From: Patescibacteria group bacterium
GTDB lineage: Bacteria > Patescibacteriota > Saccharimonadia > Saccharimonadales > OMJO01
Reading direction: 5' to 3'
Length of the DNA stretch: 37,917 nucleotides
Assembly: GCA_038064135.1 (NCBI GenBank)
Contig: JBBTTS010000014.1
Coordinates: 2,036-39,952 of the forward strand
This document shows positions 31,971 through 37,917 of this stretch, piece after piece. The notes beneath the pieces were generated by a model that was not told the DNA's origin, made no database searches, and saw only the letters and a list, made by a program, of their open reading frames with translations. The position numbers and the translations under genes were made by a program. The number at the start of each line of letters is the position of its first letter. The stretch's first letter is position 1.

Positions 31971-32825
31971 TTGAAAAAGTTAACGCTAGAACAGCTCGAA
32001 CTTAAAGCCACCGAAATACGCGAAGACATTATTCGTATGCTCGAACATGCTGGCAGTGGTCATAGCGCCGGGCCGCTTGGTCTGTCTGATATATTTACAG
32101 CACTATATTTTGATGTGCTTAAACACGATCCGCATAAGCCAGATTGGCCGGATCGCGATATTCTGCTTCTTAGTAATGGGCATTGTGTACCTGTTAGGTA
32201 CGCTGCAATGGCGCACGCTGGTTATTTTGATCGTAAAGAATTATTGACGTTGAGGCAGTTTGGATCGCGACTTCAGGGTCACCCCGAGCGCGAAAAATTA
32301 CCAGGCATTGAGCACACTAGTGGCCCGCTAGGCTGTGGCTTGAGCCAAGCATGTGGTATGGCGCTGGCTATGCGAATGGACCTGCAAACACATCGTTGGG
32401 TTTACGTGGTGATGGGTGACGGCGAACTAGATGAAGGAAATGTTTGGGAAGCAGCTATGCTTGCTGCAAAATACAAGCTCAACAATATTATCGGCATTAT
32501 CGATAGAAACAACATTCAAATTGATGGCCCTACCGAAGTTGTTATGCCATTAGAAGATTTAAAAGATAAATGGGGAGCCTTTGGCTGGCACGTTATCGAA
32601 GTTAACGGCAATGACATCGAAGCAGTAATCGATGCTTGTGCTATGGCCCGGGCTGTCGTTGAAAAACCAGTCATGATTATCGCTCACACCATACCGGGAA
32701 TGGGTGTAGATTTTATGGAGTATGACTTTCACTGGCACGGCATGCCACCAAATCACGAACAGGCCAAAGAAGCTCTGCATGATCTTCGAACTCTGAAGGG
32801 TAAAATCAGGAGCGAACATGAATGA
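31971..32825 (+). CDS. transketolase, N-terminal (TPP-binding) subunit
   Basis: TTG start after GAGGG; GSGHSAGPL, GHPE, GDGELDEGNVWEA. Confidence 0.93.
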   Translation: MKKLTLEQLELKATEIREDIIRMLEHAGSGHSAGPLGLSDIFTALYFDVLKHDPHKPDWPDRDILLLSNGHCVPVRYAAMAHAGYFDRKELLTLRQFGSRLQGHPEREKLPGIEHTSGPLGCGLSQACGMALAMRMDLQTHRWVYVVMGDGELDEGNVWEAAMLAAKYKLNNIIGIIDRNNIQIDGPTEVVMPLEDLKDKWGAFGWHVIEVNGNDIEAVIDACAMARAVVEKPVMIIAHTIPGMGVDFMEYDFHWHGMPPNHEQAKEALHDLRTLKGKIRSEHE

Positions 32826-33795
32826 GATGCATTTGGTTAAAGACGTTCAAGTTAAAGGCCTAGCAACTGAGCCGATTCGAAAAGGTTTTGGAAGGGGCTT
32901 ATTAGTGGCTGGACAACAAAATGCCAATGTGGTCGCAGCTTGTGCTGATTTGACCGAATCTACCCAGATGCATTTGTTTCGGGATGAATATCCGGAACGA
33001 TTTGTGGAGATTGGTGTTGCTGAGCAAAATTTGGTTACGGTAGGGTCGGGGCTGGCGGCTATGGGAAAAATACCATTCGTGAGTAGTTATGCAGCATTTA
33101 GTCCGGGGCGAAACTGGGAACAAATACGTACAACAATATGCTTAAATAATCAGCCAGTCAAAATTATTGGTAGTCATGCGGGAATTTCGGTTGGCCCAGA
33201 TGGTGCCACTCATCAAATGCTGGAAGATATTGCTTTGATGCGGAGCCTACCAAACATGGTAGTTTTAGCCCCTTGCGACAGCATTGAGGCCGAAAAAATG
33301 ACTATGGCAATGGCAAACGACCCAAGGCCTAATTATATGCGCCTAGCACGCGAAGCCACACCCGTGTTCACTACCCCAAATACTCCATTAGAAATCGGCA
33401 AAGCATATATATTTGAGCCCGGTAATGATGTAACAATAATTGCCACAGGCACTATGACATATCAGGCGCTTTTAGCTGCTCAAAAATTGTTTAAAGAAGG
33501 TATAGATGCCGAAGTTCTGCATGTACCAACAATTAAGCCGCTAGACATTGAAACAATACTTAAAAGTGTGCGCAAAACCCGCGCAGTCGTGACAGCTGAA
33601 GAAGCCCAAATCAATGGTGGTTTGGGCGGAGCAATCGCTGAGCTGCTTGGTGAGGAATTGCCCATTCCTCTTCAGCGAGTTGGAGTGCGGGATCGCTTTG
33701 GCGAATCGGGAAAACCTGAGGAGCTAATGGATCATTTTGGTCTTAGTGACAAAAACATCATGCTGGCCGCCCACATTGTTAACGATAAAAAGTAA
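32818..33795 (+). CDS. transketolase, C-terminal (pyrimidine-binding) subunit
   Basis: FVEIGVAEQNLV, GPDGATHQMLEDIA; 8-nt overlap with the N-terminal subunit. Confidence 0.93.
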   Translation: MNEMHLVKDVQVKGLATEPIRKGFGRGLLVAGQQNANVVAACADLTESTQMHLFRDEYPERFVEIGVAEQNLVTVGSGLAAMGKIPFVSSYAAFSPGRNWEQIRTTICLNNQPVKIIGSHAGISVGPDGATHQMLEDIALMRSLPNMVVLAPCDSIEAEKMTMAMANDPRPNYMRLAREATPVFTTPNTPLEIGKAYIFEPGNDVTIIATGTMTYQALLAAQKLFKEGIDAEVLHVPTIKPLDIETILKSVRKTRAVVTAEEAQINGGLGGAIAELLGEELPIPLQRVGVRDRFGESGKPEELMDHFGLSDKNIMLAAHIVNDKK

Positions 33796-33806
33796 GTCTT
33801 TAGAAT

Positions 33807-34433
33807 CTAATTTTCGCCAAAAATTCTTTTTCGAAGTGTTAATAAACGAACAAAAATAATTAAAGTGTGTAAACCAATAAAAGTAATTCCAGAACCCATC
33901 AATATATGCACCAATGCCGAAATGCTAAAAAATAATTCGCCGGCTTGGTAAAACAAGCCTCCTGCAAGCGGTATTAATACACCTACTAAAGTCAACGTAT
34001 ATATAAAAAGTACAATTCCGGAACAAAATCGAAAAATGGCTTTAGATAAAAAATTTCGAAGCGGTGATGAAACATCAACACCTTTCGGGTGTAAATACTT
34101 GGTATATGCCAAGTCATTGCCAAATTCGGTAGAGAAATTGATTCCCAGCCAAACAAATATATAAACCATTAGCCCAATCATTCCCCAAAACACCACGACT
34201 ACCAAGTTTCTGGCAGCCAAATCACCGACTAGCTGAGACAACATATCGTTAATGGTGGTTAACACCGAATCGCTAAAATTAAAATCTTTCGGGGTAAATA
34301 GCAGCTCCCTAACATAACTACTTAACGAACTAAATGCTAATAAAATTGTCGAGACAGTATAGGTAAATAGTCCGATTCCTGTAGGCAAGAGCCAGGCTAA
34401 AATTTGATAAAATTTTGTCGAAGATTTAGGCAT
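33807..34433 (-). CDS. hypothetical multi-pass membrane protein
   Basis: 208 aa with ~5 hydrophobic segments; no motif recognised. Confidence 0.55.
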   Translation of the reverse strand: MPKSSTKFYQILAWLLPTGIGLFTYTVSTILLAFSSLSSYVRELLFTPKDFNFSDSVLTTINDMLSQLVGDLAARNLVVVVFWGMIGLMVYIFVWLGINFSTEFGNDLAYTKYLHPKGVDVSSPLRNFLSKAIFRFCSGIVLFIYTLTLVGVLIPLAGGLFYQAGELFFSISALVHILMGSGITFIGLHTLIIFVRLLTLRKRIFGEN

Positions 34434-34487
34434 ATCTATACCTTATTATATGCTATGCTTATAAGCGTTAGCAATTAGTCAAAATAT

Positions 34488-35402
34488 ATGTCACTATCAC
34501 TTAGGCAAATCCGCGAAAATTGTCAGGCAGCCAGAGATGCCATGGAACGCGCCCGTCAACAACAGTTTGCACTCGGGGCTTTTAACCTCGACAACCAAGA
34601 AACACTTCGTGCAGTTGTGGGTGCTGCAAAAGCAAAACAGGCTCCATTAATGGTAGAAGTCAGCCAGGGCGAGGTAGAAGCACTTGGTCTAGAAAATGTT
34701 CGTGATATGGTTGACAATTATATACAAGAATTTGGCGTGGAAATGTATATTAATTTAGATCACAGTCCAAGTATTTCCGACGCAATTGCCGGTATAGAAG
34801 CAGGGTTTGAATTTATTCATATTGATATTTCGCAAGCTAATCACGATGCCAGCGAGCAGGATATCATAGATCAAACCAAAGAAGTGGTCGAATATGCCAA
34901 ACTCACAGGTGCCTTGGTGGAAAGCGAACCTCATTATTTTGGCGGAAGTAGCAACCTGCACACCGAATCGATTAACTACGAAGAAATTAAAAAGACTTTC
35001 ACAACACCCGAAACTGCACGAACATTTGTTGCCGCAACCGGTATCGACACTTATGCTGCAGCAATCGGAAATTTACATGGCCAGTACCCCGTACCTAAAG
35101 TACTTGATCTTAATCTTCTACAGCAAATCCGCGGCACAATTGAATGTAATATAAGTCTACACGGAGGCAGCGGCACACCTGGTAATTATTTTATGGATGC
35201 GGTCAAAATTGGTGTATCTAAAATTAATATAAATTCTGATATGCGGGTAGCTTACCGAAAAACTCTCGAAAAAAAATTAGCTGAAAACCCAACCGAATTT
35301 GCTGTAATAAAACTAATGGATGATGTTATTTCCGCTGTTCAGTCAGTTGTCGAAGAAAAAATAGATATGTTTAATGCTGCAGGCAAGGCTGTGATAAAAT
35401 AA
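34488..35402 (+). CDS. fba: class II fructose-bisphosphate aldolase
   Basis: LDHSPS, IHIDIS, LHGGSG, KININSDMR metal and phosphate-binding segments. Confidence 0.9.
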   Translation: MSLSLRQIRENCQAARDAMERARQQQFALGAFNLDNQETLRAVVGAAKAKQAPLMVEVSQGEVEALGLENVRDMVDNYIQEFGVEMYINLDHSPSISDAIAGIEAGFEFIHIDISQANHDASEQDIIDQTKEVVEYAKLTGALVESEPHYFGGSSNLHTESINYEEIKKTFTTPETARTFVAATGIDTYAAAIGNLHGQYPVPKVLDLNLLQQIRGTIECNISLHGGSGTPGNYFMDAVKIGVSKININSDMRVAYRKTLEKKLAENPTEFAVIKLMDDVISAVQSVVEEKIDMFNAAGKAVIK

Positions 35403-35423
35403 CTGCAATAAAGATGGTGGGCA

Positions 35424-36425
35424 ATGTCTAGAATTGATGTGTTAAGTATTGGTGATGTAGTAACCGACGCGTTTATTCGGTTATTCGATGACCGAGCCGA
35501 GGCGTATAAAAACGAGCAAGGTAAGTGGCTGGCAATGCCTTTTGGAACAAAAATTCCGTTCGATCATGCCGAAATAATAGAAGGTGTTGGCAACGCTGCA
35601 AATGCAGCAGTTAGTTTTGCAAGACTTGGCTTAAATAGTGGATTAGTAAGTAATGTTGGTAGTGACCAATATGGTCGAGACATATTAAGGGCGTTAAATG
35701 AACAAGATGTCGATACGAGGTTTGTTCACATAAACCCCAAAAAAATAAGCAATTACCACTATGTTTTGTGGTATAAAGAAGAACGTACAATTTTAATTAA
35801 ACATGAAGAGTATGACTATCATTGGCCCAGGTTTCGTGAATCCGATATACCGAAATGGATTTACTTCAGTTCAATTAGTAAAAACGCTCTCGAGAAGTAT
35901 CATGACCGAGTATCTGATTGGCTTGCAGAAAATCCCGAGGTAAAATTTGCCTTTCAGCCGGGCACGTTTCAGATGGAAGCAGGCGTGGATCGTCTAAAAG
36001 AGTTGTATGCACGCTCGGATGTTTTAGTGTTTAACTGTGAAGAGGCAGCCGCAGTTACTGGCGGTAATCACGAAGATGTTCACGATTTGCTAGATAAAAT
36101 GCACAATATTGGCGCAAAAGTTGCAGCCGTAACCGACGGGCCAGCAGGTGCATATGCCAGTGATGGAAATACCCGATTATTTATGCCACCTTATCCTGAC
36201 CCCGCACAGCCTAAGGAACGGACTGGCGCTGGTGACGCATTTACTTCAACCTTTGTAGCGGCTATTATCAAAGGTAATACAATCGAAGGTGCCTTGCAAT
36301 GGGCGCCTATAAATTCGATGAATGTCGTCCAACATGTAGGGGCTCAGGCTGGCTTATTAACCGAAAAAGAGTTGGCTGAATTATTACAAAAAGCTCCAGA
36401 ATGGTATCGACCACAACCTTTTTAA
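35424..36425 (+). CDS. PfkB-family carbohydrate kinase
   Basis: N-terminal GDVVTD, GNAANAA, C-terminal TGAGDAFTSTFVAA anion-hole motif. Confidence 0.85.
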   Translation: MSRIDVLSIGDVVTDAFIRLFDDRAEAYKNEQGKWLAMPFGTKIPFDHAEIIEGVGNAANAAVSFARLGLNSGLVSNVGSDQYGRDILRALNEQDVDTRFVHINPKKISNYHYVLWYKEERTILIKHEEYDYHWPRFRESDIPKWIYFSSISKNALEKYHDRVSDWLAENPEVKFAFQPGTFQMEAGVDRLKELYARSDVLVFNCEEAAAVTGGNHEDVHDLLDKMHNIGAKVAAVTDGPAGAYASDGNTRLFMPPYPDPAQPKERTGAGDAFTSTFVAAIIKGNTIEGALQWAPINSMNVVQHVGAQAGLLTEKELAELLQKAPEWYRPQPF

Positions 36426-37030
36426 GAATCTACTAATTTATTTTTAAATTTATACATACCTACTACACCAAGTACAGTACTGGCAATTAATCCAAGATTT
36501 CTAGCGGCTTTTCCATGGGGTTTTTCTACTAGCGGCGACATACCAAACGCTAACGCGGTCATTAGTCCGGCGGCTTTAAGTTTATTTATATAAATTGCGT
36601 CTGTTCGCTTACCTTCTGCCTCGGCCAGATTTCGTATTTTGGCCATAGATATTTCACGCCAACTACTAATGGCAATTACACCGCCAACAATGGCGGCTGA
36701 AGCTAAATTTCCATCCACGATGTCCCTTGCAGCTGTAAAACCTAGCAGACCAAAAGTGAGTCTACGATCGGCTTCGTGGTCCTTAACGCTTCCTTCGACA
36801 GTTGTTGGCTCTTCTAATATTTGTGCAGCCCGACGTGCCAAGTCGCCATCGAGCCGGTCAGTAGTTGCAACGCCAGCTGTGGTAATAGCTAACGGCCAAT
36901 TAGGCCCAAATAGCAAAAACGCTGGACCTAGTAATAAGCTGGAATTTGCTCTGATATCTGAAAGTGCATTAGCGATACTGCGGAGTTTTTCAGCTTCGTT
37001 AAAATTTTGTTCTTCCAGAGTAGTAATCAT
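36422..37030 (-). CDS. membrane protein with CDP-alcohol phosphatidyltransferase-like motif
   Basis: DRLDGDLARR...GSVKDHEAD approximates DG(x2)AR...G(x3)D(x3)D but with a longer spacer (12 instead of 8). Confidence 0.45.
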   Translation of the reverse strand: MITTLEEQNFNEAEKLRSIANALSDIRANSSLLLGPAFLLFGPNWPLAITTAGVATTDRLDGDLARRAAQILEEPTTVEGSVKDHEADRRLTFGLLGFTAARDIVDGNLASAAIVGGVIAISSWREISMAKIRNLAEAEGKRTDAIYINKLKAAGLMTALAFGMSPLVEKPHGKAARNLGLIASTVLGVVGMYKFKNKLVDS

Positions 37031-37115
37031 TTAATGCTAACTCTAAAGACATGGGTGTTATTGTGCAAGCACAAGCTTTACCCCGGGACGCTAGTGTTAT
37101 ATGCTTAAGTTAACT

Positions 37116-37917
37116 ATGAGTACACTTTTGGCAGACTTGCTGCAAGCCAGGCAGCCTCAATTTGGGTTAGCTGTAGATCATCTAGAACTTTCCAGCGGTC
37201 GTACTAGCCAGGACGTAAGACTAATGGCCGACATTGTGGCTAGTGCTCACAATAAAACTAAACAACTAGGCCTAGACCCGATGGACACTACGGCCCAAGA
37301 ACTTTATGGTGCATTAATGAACTTAGCCGCTCTTCATGATCAGTTTTTACTGCTTCGTTTGGGACTAAATCCATCAACTAGCGAAGCGGAACTGAATAAA
37401 AACATTTTAATTCTGGTTGGTAAACTTGGCATAAATAAATCTTGTTGGGCTATTAAACATAGTGTTATGAAGCGAATAATAAAATCTCATCCTCCGAAAA
37501 AAGTAATGAAATTTTTAGGTTTTAGGTCGATAGATTCTATGTTAAAACGCGAAGAAATATCCAAAATTCTGCTTTGTTCGCGAAAAGTAGAAAGCACCAA
37601 ATGGTTTGACGGACTTTTCAAGTTATATCACAAACTACAACCCAACGATTTTGAAATTCGATCGATTGAATTTATATATTTAAGTGAAATGTTCCAGGGC
37701 GAATCATTTAATATAAATAGTCCAACAACAAATGTTTTTGCAGCAAAAGAGCTGGGATGTATAGGCCTATCCTCAGTTGGCAAAAAACTGAAAACTGGCC
37801 AAACTATTGCTACTTTGACACTTGTACTGCACGCCATTAATGAAGTTCGCTTGTACAGTTCATATTTTAGGCATTTACAAACTAAAAGTAGTTTTGGTAA
37901 AAGCATTGTAGCCGTGC
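37116..37917 (+). CDS. hypothetical protein, 3' end outside window
   Basis: ATG at 37116, open through the window edge (267 codons read by hand: MSTLLADLLQARQPQFGLAVDHLEL...). It is not in the supplied track because it has no stop. Confidence 0.6.
   Translation, partial: MSTLLADLLQARQPQFGLAVDHLELSSGRTSQDVRLMADIVASAHNKTKQLGLDPMDTTAQELYGALMNLAALHDQFLLLRLGLNPSTSEAELNKNILILVGKLGINKSCWAIKHSVMKRIIKSHPPKKVMKFLGFRSIDSMLKREEISKILLCSRKVESTKWFDGLFKLYHKLQPNDFEIRSIEFIYLSEMFQGESFNINSPTTNVFAAKELGCIGLSSVGKKLKTGQTIATLTLVLHAINEVRLYSSYFRHLQTKSSFGKSIVAV

Noticed and set aside
1-37917. Checked for a CRISPR array, IS element or transposase, integrase, prophage genes, toxin-antitoxin pairs and classic defence-system ATPases or nucleases.
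   Set aside because: There are no regularly spaced direct repeats, no terminal inverted repeats flanking a transposase-like ORF, and no ORF with recombinase, nuclease or STAND-ATPase motifs.

Overview
AT-rich, tightly packed bacterial window. The gene content looks like a reduced-genome Patescibacteria/CPR organism, possibly Saccharibacteria-like; that placement is inference from gene content only. Most of the window is housekeeping: a DEAD-box helicase 3' end, an AI-2E transporter, an OmpR/HisKA two-component pair, PAP2, a ZIP transporter, rmuC, VKOR, a phosphoribosyltransferase, a GH63-like hydrolase, msrA, yajQ, pheS/pheT, a DUF2207 protein, an ABC exporter, FKBP, a grx-trxB-MarR redox module, an FNR-like/GDPD/cytochrome-b5-like operon, ppa, and a sugar-phosphate block (gap, rpiB, rpe, split transketolase, fba, PfkB kinase). 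No CRISPR array, transposase, integrase or rRNA is visible. Two places stand out. (1) A 1.36-kb ORF-poor stretch (21249-22605) lies between the DUF2207 gene and the ABC exporter. It is locally much more GC-rich than its surroundings. It holds a 50-codon Cys-rich mini-ORF behind an 11-nt perfect anti-16S Shine-Dalgarno, and a tRNA-like module with an intact acceptor stem and T-arm but no foldable anticodon arm. It also holds a compact array of four consecutive long helices (22232-22478) whose G-U versus A-C pattern favours a plus-strand structured RNA I cannot assign to any known family. (2) Four small genes are wedged between pheS and pheT. A 19-20 nt copy of the pheS-stop/SD/ATGAAA junction is repeated at three gene boundaries, which suggests serial cassette insertion at a translational-coupling junction. 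Smaller observations are extended -10 boxes placed for leaderless mRNAs, Cys-rich or low-complexity C-terminal extensions on the ZIP transporter and GAPDH, and GC-rich nested hairpins between grx and trxB.
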